DNA from: Anaerotignum sp.
GTDB lineage: Bacteria > Bacillota_I > Bacilli_A > Acholeplasmatales > Anaeroplasmataceae
NCBI GenBank assembly: GCA_963617645.1
Contig: CAVEPF010000125.1
Span: forward strand, 10,222-64,762
Length of the DNA stretch: 54,541 nt
Direction of reading: 5' to 3'
Below, one piece after another: positions 44,862 to 53,430 of the stretch (position 1 is its first letter; the number at the start of each line of letters is the position of its first letter). A model generated the notes under the pieces. That model ran no database searches. It had not been told where the DNA came from and saw only the letters and a program-made list of their open reading frames with translations. Both the position numbers and the translations under genes were made by a program.

Positions 44862-46178
44862 TTATTTTTTTGATAATTTTTTCTTATGTTCTTCATATCC
44901 TGGTTTATCAAGAAGTGCAAACATATTTTTCTTATAAGATTCAACACCTGGTTGATTAAATGGATTTACTCCTAGAGTATACGCAGATAATGCACATGCA
45001 TATTCGAAGAAATAAATTAAGGCACCAAATGAATATTCATTTATTGAATCAATATCAATTTGAATATTAGGAGTTAAACCATCGCTATGAGCAATTTGTG
45101 TTCCTTCCATAGCTTTTTTGTTTACATAGTCCATAGATTTTCCAGCTAAGAAATTTAAGCCATCTAAATTCAATTCATCTTTTTCGATAGTTAAATCATG
45201 CTCAGGGCTAACTACATTGATTACTGTTTCAAAGAAATGTCTTTTACCATCTTGAATCATTTGTCCTAATGAGTGTAAATCTGTTGAGAAAGATACACTT
45301 GAAGGATAAATTCCTTTATGATCTTTTCCTTCTGATTCTCCAAATAATTGTTTCCACCACTCAGAAAAATAATTAAGACGTGGTTCATAATTAACTAAAA
45401 GTTCAACATCATAACCTTTTTTGTATAAAGCATTTCTTATAGTTGCATATTCAACCGCAATACTATTTTTATCATTTATTAATTCATCACGCATATCACA
45501 AGCACCTTGTAATAAACGTAAAATATTAATATTAGCACATGCAATAGGTAAAAGACCTACAGCAGTTAAAACACTAAATCTTCCACCAATATCATCAGGT
45601 ACAACAAAAGTTTCATATCCTTCTTTTGTAGCTAAACTCTTTAGAGCTCCTTTTTCTTTATCAGTAGTTGCAAATATTCTATCACGAGCTTCTTCTTTAC
45701 CGTATTTTTCAATTAAATGTTTTTGAAGAACTCTAAATGCAATAGCTGGTTCTGTTGTAGTACCAGATTTTGATATTACATTAATTGAATAATCTTTATC
45801 ATTTAAGTAATTTAGTAATTCATATAAATATGTTGAAGAAATTTGGTTACCAACAAAAATAACTTCAAATTCTTCATTGTTAAAGTATTTTTTAAATGTT
45901 TCAATGGTTGCACGAGCACCAAGGTATGAGCCACCAATACCAATTGAAACTAAAACTTTAGAATTACTTCTTATTTTTTTAGCAGCTTTTTCAATGCGAA
46001 TAAATTCATCTTTATCATAATTTAGAGGCAAATCTAACCAACCTAAAAAATCATTTCCTTCGCCTTGTCTAGAATTTAAAACGTCAAAAGAGTGTTCAAC
46101 TTCACTTTTAACAGTATTATATTCTTCTTCACTTAAAAACTTATTAATATCTAATTTATTTAAACCTATATTTTTCAT
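44862..46178 (-). CDS. pgi: Glucose-6-phosphate isomerase
   Basis: 438 aa, the short Firmicute-type PGI, with [18 protein letters not shown] and GGRFSV motifs. Hairpin terminator at 44826-44851. Confidence 0.95.
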   Translation of the reverse strand: MKNIGLNKLDINKFLSEEEYNTVKSEVEHSFDVLNSRQGEGNDFLGWLDLPLNYDKDEFIRIEKAAKKIRSNSKVLVSIGIGGSYLGARATIETFKKYFNNEEFEVIFVGNQISSTYLYELLNYLNDKDYSINVISKSGTTTEPAIAFRVLQKHLIEKYGKEEARDRIFATTDKEKGALKSLATKEGYETFVVPDDIGGRFSVLTAVGLLPIACANINILRLLQGACDMRDELINDKNSIAVEYATIRNALYKKGYDVELLVNYEPRLNYFSEWWKQLFGESEGKDHKGIYPSSVSFSTDLHSLGQMIQDGKRHFFETVINVVSPEHDLTIEKDELNLDGLNFLAGKSMDYVNKKAMEGTQIAHSDGLTPNIQIDIDSINEYSFGALIYFFEYACALSAYTLGVNPFNQPGVESYKKNMFALLDKPGYEEHKKKLSKK

Positions 46179-46181
46179 AAC

Positions 46182-46721
46182 TTACATCCTTATAAAAACG
46201 ATATATATAATCGCACTTAATATACCAACAAATAACCCCAAAAATAATCCACAAATTACTTCTTTAGGTTTATGACCTAAATATTCTTTTAGACCATTTT
46301 TAGGATCATAACCTACTTCTTTTTGCACATTTTCTGGTTCATGTTCTAACATATTATTTAAAAGTCTAGCGTGTTTACCGGCTTCATATCTTACGCCCAT
46401 CGCATCATATACAACTACAACAGTTACGGCTAAAGCTACCGCAAACACATAGCCTACACCTGATTCATAATGTAGTTGTAAAATTCCTAGTGTAGTAACA
46501 AGAGCTACCATTGTTGATGTATGAGAACTTGGCATACCACCTGTTGAAAAGAAAAATTTCCAGGCAAATTTCTTTTCTTTAATTGAATGATATATAACCT
46601 TGCTAAGTTGAGCAATTAACATTGATACTAAAGCTGATATTAAAATACATGCTGTTCTTACTTTTTCAGTATAAGTAATCCCTGAATCATAAGCCCCTAT
46701 TTCGTATATCATATTAATCAT
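46182..46721 (-). CDS. Divergent PAP2-family membrane protein (DUF212/YuiD-like)
   Basis: 179 aa, multi-TM, with the GGMPSSHTS motif characteristic of the family. Confidence 0.8.
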   Translation of the reverse strand: MINMIYEIGAYDSGITYTEKVRTACILISALVSMLIAQLSKVIYHSIKEKKFAWKFFFSTGGMPSSHTSTMVALVTTLGILQLHYESGVGYVFAVALAVTVVVVYDAMGVRYEAGKHARLLNNMLEHEPENVQKEVGYDPKNGLKEYLGHKPKEVICGLFLGLFVGILSAIIYIVFIRM

Positions 46722-46723
46722 AA

Positions 46724-46975
46724 TTAATCTTTAACTTGTTTTACTCCTATAACTCCTGGAACTGAATCAATTAACATACTTTCAATACCCTCAGATATAT
46801 CCATATCAATTAATCCACATTCAGCGCAAGCACCAATAACTTTTATATATACATAACCATCTTTAAAATCAATAAAAAGAATGTCTCCGCCTTCCGCATT
46901 CATATACGGTCTCATTTTTTCAATTACTTCTCTAATGGCGAAAACTTGGTCGTCATAATTCATATTTTGTTCCAT
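46724..46975 (-). CDS. NifU C-terminal-domain (Nfu-type) Fe-S cluster protein
   Basis: 83 aa. IEKMRPYMNAEGGDILFIDFKDG...GACAECG has the CxxC motif and layout of Nfu/YutI-like proteins. Confidence 0.8.
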   Translation of the reverse strand: MEQNMNYDDQVFAIREVIEKMRPYMNAEGGDILFIDFKDGYVYIKVIGACAECGLIDMDISEGIESMLIDSVPGVIGVKQVKD

Positions 46976-46984
46976 ATTACACCT

Positions 46985-47548
46985 CTAATTGTTTTTGTGG
47001 CTAAATACTTTAGTTTGTTTTTGATTAAAACGTTTTTTATTACCTTTGTTTTCTTTAGCTTTTTCTTTTATAATTTCATCCTTAATAGATTGAGGAAGTT
47101 CATAAAGTTTAATTTGAGAAACATTAATATCATTTAAATTAATGTTTTTCTCGTTAGGTTTAGTATGAGCAAAAGATATAGTTGATTTATCGAAGTTTTC
47201 CTTTTCTATTGTTTCTATACTTCCCAGTGGTTTTGTTGTATCTTCGCTTATTGCATCTCCCTTATGTGTTTCATAATATTCTTCGCTTACTCTTTTAATA
47301 ATTGCAAAAGGAGCTAAATAATTACATGATTCAACAACATAATCCATGATATATTCATAAGAATTAGGATCATTTTTCTCTGACTTAAAACCTTTAATAC
47401 GCATTTTTTCATCCGCAATATCTAATACTAAATACTCGTAATTATCATACAATTCCTCAATATATAGGGATTCAAATTTATCAATATCAAATGCTTCTCG
47501 GACATTTTTTAAGATTTCATAAAAACCTTTTTGACTTTTAATAACCAT
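46985..47548 (-). CDS. DUF1027/YutD-like protein with a C-terminal extension
   Basis: FYEILKNVREAFDIDKFESLY..YEYLVLDIADEKMRIKGF resembles the YutD family core (..YDYIVGD....LRLKGF). The start is the ATG at 47546-47548 with a GAGGT RBS. Confidence 0.6.
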   Translation of the reverse strand: MVIKSQKGFYEILKNVREAFDIDKFESLYIEELYDNYEYLVLDIADEKMRIKGFKSEKNDPNSYEYIMDYVVESCNYLAPFAIIKRVSEEYYETHKGDAISEDTTKPLGSIETIEKENFDKSTISFAHTKPNEKNINLNDINVSQIKLYELPQSIKDEIIKEKAKENKGNKKRFNQKQTKVFSHKNN

Positions 47549-47578
47549 ACAAACCTCAATTTCATAATTATATATCAA

Positions 47579-48055
47579 CTAATTACTTTCTACAAGTAGT
47601 GTACATTCACAAGATATACCTTCGTTTCTACCAATATATCCTAATTTTTCTCCTCTTGTAGCTTTAATTGATATTTTATCAATATCTTCTTCAATAATAT
47701 GTGAAATACATTCTCTAATCTTATCTCTAAAAGGATTAATTTTCACCTCTTCGGAAAAAATCATTACATCCATATTTACTAAATGATAACCTTTATCTTT
47801 AACCATTTTATAGCATTCACTTAAAATAACTTTAGAATCCATATTAAGTGTCTTTTCACTATTATCAGGAAAATGAGTTCCAAGATCCCCAAGAGCTAAA
47901 GAACCTAAAAACGCATTAGCTATTGCATGTAATACAACATCCGCATCAGAGTGTCCTAAAAGACCTAAAGGATAATCAAAAACAACGCCACCAAGAATTA
48001 ACTTTCTACCACTTACAAGTCTATGTGTGTCATATGCATTACCAATTCTTATCAT
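47579..48055 (-). CDS. ispF: 2-C-methyl-D-erythritol 2,4-cyclodiphosphate synthase
   Basis: 158 aa. IRIGNAYDTHRL and GHSDADVVLHA motifs. Confidence 0.95.
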   Translation of the reverse strand: MIRIGNAYDTHRLVSGRKLILGGVVFDYPLGLLGHSDADVVLHAIANAFLGSLALGDLGTHFPDNSEKTLNMDSKVILSECYKMVKDKGYHLVNMDVMIFSEEVKINPFRDKIRECISHIIEEDIDKISIKATRGEKLGYIGRNEGISCECTLLVESN

Positions 48056-48671
48056 TATTTAACCTCACTAAATTTTTAAATAATTCTAGATCAAATTTTG
48101 TAGTTATTTTAAAATTATAATCATTTCCTAATATTTTTTCAATTTTAACATCTTGATTATCAAAAGATGATATATCATCTGTTGTAGAATACTTTTCATA
48201 TTTTTTAAATATGTCGCTTCTTCCTCCTTGAGGAGTTTGCACACAAACTAAATTATTTCTATCAAGAGTTTTATTATCTAAATTGCGAATTGTATCTTTT
48301 AGCGGTACATACACAAAATACGCATCACTAGTATTTTCTAAACACTTTTTTATAATATCTTCACTTATTAAAGCTCTAGCCGCATCATGTATCATAACTC
48401 TTTTAGTTTTGACAAGACTAAGTGCATTTAATACCGATTCGTTTCTAGTTTTCCCGCCCATTACAATAGTAACATTTTTTTCTCTTTTACTAAAAAAATC
48501 ATAATCATTTTCACTTACTACAAGTATAACTGGTAGATTAAAGGATAAAAACTTATTTAAAGAGTACTCATAAATAAATTTATCATTTACTTTTTCTAGT
48601 ACTTTATTGTATCCAAGTCCTACACGACTTCCAGATCCAGCAGCTAATAAAATTACTGTTGTGTCCTCCAT
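48039..48671 (-). CDS. ispD: 2-C-methyl-D-erythritol 4-phosphate cytidylyltransferase
   Basis: 210 aa. VILLAAGSGSRVG and MIHDAARA motifs. It overlaps ispF by 17 nt. Confidence 0.9.
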   Translation of the reverse strand: MEDTTVILLAAGSGSRVGLGYNKVLEKVNDKFIYEYSLNKFLSFNLPVILVVSENDYDFFSKREKNVTIVMGGKTRNESVLNALSLVKTKRVMIHDAARALISEDIIKKCLENTSDAYFVYVPLKDTIRNLDNKTLDRNNLVCVQTPQGGRSDIFKKYEKYSTTDDISSFDNQDVKIEKILGNDYNFKITTKFDLELFKNLVRLNNDKNW

Positions 48672-49180
48672 AAAATCACCTCGTTAATTTTTACATCATG
48701 ATCTTCTTCTTTAAAATCAAAAACAAAATCACTAAATACAATACTTATCGTGAAAATATTACTATTTTCTAAATATCTATCGTAATAACCTTTTCCATAC
48801 CCTATTCTATAATTTTTTTTATTTACAGAAAGAGCAGGTACAAACATCACACTTATATCTTCTTTATTAACTTTGACTCCATCAATAGGCTCTAAAACAG
48901 AAAACTTTGATTTTTCAAATTTAGTAACATTTGTGTAAAAATCCATATCTAACCAACTTGTCTTAGGATAACAAACGTTATAATAATTCTTTAAAAAAGT
49001 TAAATCAAATTCATATTTAAATGGTTTGTAGATTGCAACTAAACTGTTTTTTAAAACATAAGATTGAAGTAAAGGTCTTATTAAATCAAAAAGTTTATTA
49101 TTATCAATATTAAATTTATCTTTAGAAAATCTCAATTTTCTTTCACTTAAGGCAAGCTTTCTTGTTTCGTCTTTATTCAT
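48653..49180 (-). CDS. 5-formyltetrahydrofolate cyclo-ligase
   Basis: 175 aa. VPALSVNKKNYRIGYGKGYYDRYL is the family's C-terminal signature. Confidence 0.85.
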   Translation of the reverse strand: MNKDETRKLALSERKLRFSKDKFNIDNNKLFDLIRPLLQSYVLKNSLVAIYKPFKYEFDLTFLKNYYNVCYPKTSWLDMDFYTNVTKFEKSKFSVLEPIDGVKVNKEDISVMFVPALSVNKKNYRIGYGKGYYDRYLENSNIFTISIVFSDFVFDFKEEDHDVKINEVILWRTQQ

Positions 49181-50705
49181 AAAAATAATATTTATTGTTT
49201 TGATCTCTTAAAGCTATTTTACTAGCATTTCTAGCATTTGAAATCAACGTTTCAACATTCTTTTGTGTTTGGTTATTTGATATACCAAATGCAGTTTGAA
49301 CAACTACATCTTCACCACTTATATTAGCTTTAGCACTAGTAATTGTCTTTTGTTTTAATGCATTCTTAAACATTTCCATTTTTTTAGGGTCATATATTAC
49401 AAAGAAAAACTCAAGGCCATCTGTTCTAAATATTAAATTATCACTTACAAACACTTTCTTAAACTCAGTAAGATATTGGTTCATGCAAATATCACCAAAT
49501 TTTCTGTCGTATTGTTTATTAATAGTTTCAATATTTAAAAATCTAAAGCATACTAAAAAATATGAATAGGTACTTGGTATACTATCAATAGAACGAATAA
49601 GAGTGCTATTATCTATTATAGTCTCTAAACCATATTCCTCGTTTTTTGATTCTGAAATTCCTTTAACTTCACTAATAAAAGATAAAATTTCAGTTTGAGG
49701 ACCATGATATTTTTTGCCGTATTCATAAACGTAAATATAATCATATTGTCTCTTCAAGCGATATTGAATATGATATTCTAATTTAGTTATAGTAAGTTCA
49801 TTAATCTTAGCTAAATAATTATCTAAATCATCAGGATGAATTCTATTTTTAAATTCTTCAAAAGATATTGAATTTGTTTCAAAACCTAATTCTTTTACAA
49901 ATTGATCATTAGCTCTAATAGCATTTAAATCTAAGTTATGTATAAATGCAGGTTCTTTAGAAATAGACATAAATGTGCTAAATCTTTTCCTATTCATTTC
50001 AAGTTGAATAGTTTTTTCATTTAAATCTTGTTCAGTTTTTTCAATCATTTTATTATCTTTTGAAATACCGTAAATTACATGACCTAAAAATTTATTAGAA
50101 TTAGACAATATCGGTCTATCAAACAAATTGATTTGTACTTGATTACCTTTTATATTTAAACAAGTAATATTTAAAGCATCTTCTTTATTAGTTGTTTTAA
50201 CTTTATTAAAAACTTGACTAATATTTGTTGAGTTATAATCATTGCCATTTATATCAATATCTGAAAATCTTTTAATTAATAATATAGAAAATTCCATTCC
50301 TTTAGCTTCTTCAAAACTTATATTTAAAAATGATAGAAATGATTTAGATATATCTACAATTCTATTTTTCTTATCTAAATATGCAAAATAATTATTCATT
50401 TCTACACAAGAAAAATATTCACCTTTTATCTTCTTTTCTTTGTTAGATGAAGAAACGCTTAAATACATTAAAAAGCCAATTAATATATAAACAACACAAG
50501 AACCATATAAATAATAATTAAAATCTAATTGCTCAGTAAAAAAAGAACTAGCAATTATAACAAATAATATAATTGCTGAGATTACAATTTTAAAGGTTAC
50601 AACATAACCTTTAATATAACTTTCTTTAATAAATAAAATAATTAAAATAACACTTAAAAATAATGCAGGTATAATTAAATATAGTGTATCCATATTAAGC
50701 CTCAA
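49173..50705 (-). CDS. Membrane-anchored PAS-PAS protein with a degenerate GGDEF-like domain
   Basis: The N-terminal approximately 85 aa are hydrophobic (3-4 TM segments). Two PAS-like segments follow (the second has IHPDDLDNY...YRLKRQYDYIYVYEYG). The C-terminal domain is collinear with GGDEF, but the motif reads RTDGLEF instead of RxGGDEF and the upstream metal-binding Asp is absent (CFRFLN). Confidence 0.6.
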   Translation of the reverse strand: MRLNMDTLYLIIPALFLSVILIILFIKESYIKGYVVTFKIVISAIILFVIIASSFFTEQLDFNYYLYGSCVVYILIGFLMYLSVSSSNKEKKIKGEYFSCVEMNNYFAYLDKKNRIVDISKSFLSFLNISFEEAKGMEFSILLIKRFSDIDINGNDYNSTNISQVFNKVKTTNKEDALNITCLNIKGNQVQINLFDRPILSNSNKFLGHVIYGISKDNKMIEKTEQDLNEKTIQLEMNRKRFSTFMSISKEPAFIHNLDLNAIRANDQFVKELGFETNSISFEEFKNRIHPDDLDNYLAKINELTITKLEYHIQYRLKRQYDYIYVYEYGKKYHGPQTEILSFISEVKGISESKNEEYGLETIIDNSTLIRSIDSIPSTYSYFLVCFRFLNIETINKQYDRKFGDICMNQYLTEFKKVFVSDNLIFRTDGLEFFFVIYDPKKMEMFKNALKQKTITSAKANISGEDVVVQTAFGISNNQTQKNVETLISNARNASKIALRDQNNKYYFYE

Positions 50706-50934
50706 TTACTTCTTCAATAATATTATTTTTAGTTAAAAGAATATAAATGATAATTATAAGTGCACTTAAAACTGCAGAAATTAAGAAGACTAAAAAACTA
50801 AATAATACTTTATTAATCTTATTTTCCTTATCTTTATCACGTTCTTTAATCTTATTCTTATTTTGTGTTTTAACACGTAAGAAACAATCAAAAGGGTTAA
50901 TTAAAAAATATAATATAAAACCAATCACTTTCAT
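50695..50934 (-). CDS. Small 2-TM membrane protein
   Basis: 79 aa. It starts 3 nt after the cdaA stop codon and overlaps the next gene by 11 nt, so it is probably translationally coupled. No motif recognised. Confidence 0.45.
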   Translation of the reverse strand: MKVIGFILYFLINPFDCFLRVKTQNKNKIKERDKDKENKINKVLFSFLVFLISAVLSALIIIIYILLTKNNIIEEVIEA

Positions 50935-50936
50935 CT

Positions 50937-51710
50937 TTATTTTTCACCTAACCAATCTGTTAAATATCCAAGTAAAGTCTCTTTATCATTTGCCGGAACC
51001 ATTAAACCATCATATGCAAGCGATATTTCCCCTGTTTCTTCTGATACACAAATAGTAATTGAATCTGTTACTTCACTTATACCAAGAGCAGCTCTGTGAC
51101 GAGATCCCATAGTTTTATCTTCATCAATTTTACTTTGATTACTTGTAAGGTTAAAATAAGCACCAGCACAACTTACACGGTTATTTCTTATAATAACAGC
51201 CCCGTCATGAAGAGGAGTATTAGGAATAAAAATATTAATTAATAATTCTTTTGAAACTTCACTATCTAGACTAATAGCTTTAGATGCATATTGGTCTAAA
51301 GAGTTTTGTCTTTCAAGAGTAATAAGAGCACCAATATTTTTTTTAGATAAGTAAAGACTAGCTTCTATTATGGAATTCTTAGTCTTCATTGAGCTTGAAT
51401 ATAAAATATCTTTTTTCTTCTTATTTTGTATTGCATCTAGTTCACGTCTAATATCAGGAGCTAAACAAATAACTAAAATTATAGGATAGAAAAGTAAAAG
51501 ATATAAATAAACATATCTTGTAATTTTTAAATCTAATTTATAAGCTAAAATATAAATTGCAATAATTACAATATATATTAATAAAGGTCCTATAACTTTT
51601 TTATTTTTTAGTACAAATGTAATAACTAAAGATAAAACAATAAATAATAAATATCCTTCTACAAAATATTTCCAATTATTTGAAAAAAAATCTTGAATAG
51701 TTAAAATCAT
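50937..51710 (-). CDS. cdaA: Membrane-bound diadenylate cyclase
   Basis: 257 aa with three N-terminal TM segments and a DAC domain (GALITLER, DGAVIIRNNR, GSRHRAALGISEVTD). Confidence 0.9.
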   Translation of the reverse strand: MILTIQDFFSNNWKYFVEGYLLFIVLSLVITFVLKNKKVIGPLLIYIVIIAIYILAYKLDLKITRYVYLYLLLFYPIILVICLAPDIRRELDAIQNKKKKDILYSSSMKTKNSIIEASLYLSKKNIGALITLERQNSLDQYASKAISLDSEVSKELLINIFIPNTPLHDGAVIIRNNRVSCAGAYFNLTSNQSKIDEDKTMGSRHRAALGISEVTDSITICVSEETGEISLAYDGLMVPANDKETLLGYLTDWLGEK

Positions 51711-51822
51711 AAAATCACCAACTTTATAATAATTATAGCAAAATATTAAATCTAAATAAAGTTTTTAATACTATTATTAAATCTTTATGATAAACTATTT
51801 AATATAAAATTTGAGGTATATT

Positions 51823-53094
51823 ATGTTACGTGCAATACTTGTTTGTGTAGATAAAGATATAGATAATGCCAATCAAAGCCTAGACGAATTAAATCAACTT
51901 GTAAAAACTCTAGGTATTACTGAATGTGCAAGAGTTGTTCAAAAAGCTAATTTTTTTAATCATAAAACTTATGTAGGTGAAGGAAAACTTAGTGAAATTA
52001 AGCAACTTGAGAAAATTGAAAATGCTGATTACGTCATATTTGATGACGAATTAACTCCTGCTCAAATGTTTAATCTTGATGAAATATTAGAGTCTTCTGT
52101 TTTAGATAGATCATATGTTATATTAGATATATTTAGACGCTACGCTAAAACTGATGAAGCTAGACTCGAGATAAAACTTGCTAATTTAAAATATTTATAT
52201 CCTCGACTTAGAACATTTCATGAAGGTTTCGATAGACAAAGCGGTAAAATCGGGTCTAAAGGTAGTGGTGAAACTCAACTTGAGCTTGATCAAAGAGCTG
52301 TTGTTAATGAAATCGTTGATACTAAGAAAAAAATTGAAGTCTTAAATCAAAGAAAACACCAAGAAATAAATAAAAGAAAAAATAGTGAACTAAAAACGAT
52401 TGCGCTCGTAGGATATACAAATGCCGGTAAATCAACCACCCTAAACACCCTTCTTACATTTCTTAACAAATACGAGTATAAATCAAATACACAAAATAAA
52501 GCTGTAGAAGCTGAAGATAAATTATTTAAAACATTATCAACATCAGTTAGAAGATTAACTTATAAAAATATACCATTCCTTTTAAGCGATACAATTGGCT
52601 TTATATCAAAACTTCCCGCTGAATTAGTTAATTCATTTTTGACAACTCTTGAAGAAACTAAAAACGCTGATTTAATTATTATAGTAGTTGATTCAACTGA
52701 TAAAAATTTAAAAAAACAAATTGAAACAACTGTTTCTACTTTATCAAGAATTTTAGATAAAGAACCTAAAATATTATTTTTATTAAATAAAGTGGATAAA
52801 TTAGATCCTAATATTGCTATTACATTAAATTATGATTATTTATTATATTCAAATTATGATGAAAAATATCAAATAAATCTACTTGAATATATTGCTAATT
52901 TCTTACTTGAAGATTATGAGATTTTAGATTTAGCTATTCCTTATACAGATTACAAAATTAATTCCTTAATAGAAAATAAAGCTTCTATAATATTTAAGAC
53001 TTATATGGATAACTACACTTTATATAAGGTATATACTCCTAAATCAATAGAAAAAGAGCTTTCCCTTTATAGAATTGATAATAATATTTCATAA
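51823..53094 (+). CDS. hflX: GTPase HflX
   Basis: HflX N-domain, then G1 GYTNAGKSTTLN, DTIGF and NKVD motifs. The start is the ATG at 51823 after a GAGGT RBS. Confidence 0.9.
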   Translation: MLRAILVCVDKDIDNANQSLDELNQLVKTLGITECARVVQKANFFNHKTYVGEGKLSEIKQLEKIENADYVIFDDELTPAQMFNLDEILESSVLDRSYVILDIFRRYAKTDEARLEIKLANLKYLYPRLRTFHEGFDRQSGKIGSKGSGETQLELDQRAVVNEIVDTKKKIEVLNQRKHQEINKRKNSELKTIALVGYTNAGKSTTLNTLLTFLNKYEYKSNTQNKAVEAEDKLFKTLSTSVRRLTYKNIPFLLSDTIGFISKLPAELVNSFLTTLEETKNADLIIIVVDSTDKNLKKQIETTVSTLSRILDKEPKILFLLNKVDKLDPNIAITLNYDYLLYSNYDEKYQINLLEYIANFLLEDYEILDLAIPYTDYKINSLIENKASIIFKTYMDNYTLYKVYTPKSIEKELSLYRIDNNIS

Positions 53095-53159
53095 TTTTTT
53101 TTAATTTAAATTTTTTGTGTCAATATCATATGAAAATGTCCTAAATATTTTGAAACATT

Positions 53160-53184
53160 AGCGGAAAATTTTTCCGCTATTTTT
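53160..53184 (+). terminator. Intrinsic terminator of hflX
   Basis: AGCGGAAA-AUU-UUUCCGCU followed by AUUUUU. Confidence 0.7.
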
Positions 53185-53430
53185 AAAATAAACTTTATAT
53201 TAAAGTAAAACTTACGTATATTTTACAAAATATTTTGTTTCCTTAATATGACGAGAATCAAGTGTACATTATGTCTATCGTTAGATAAATTAAAATTATA
53301 ATTTGATAGTTTGCTTTAAAAAATCAATTTTTGTGATGAAAATTATGATTTACGGCTTAAATTTTAAAATATAGAATTGATTATAAAAATATGATATAAT
53401 TTTTTTAGAAATTGATGAGTAGGTGATAAT

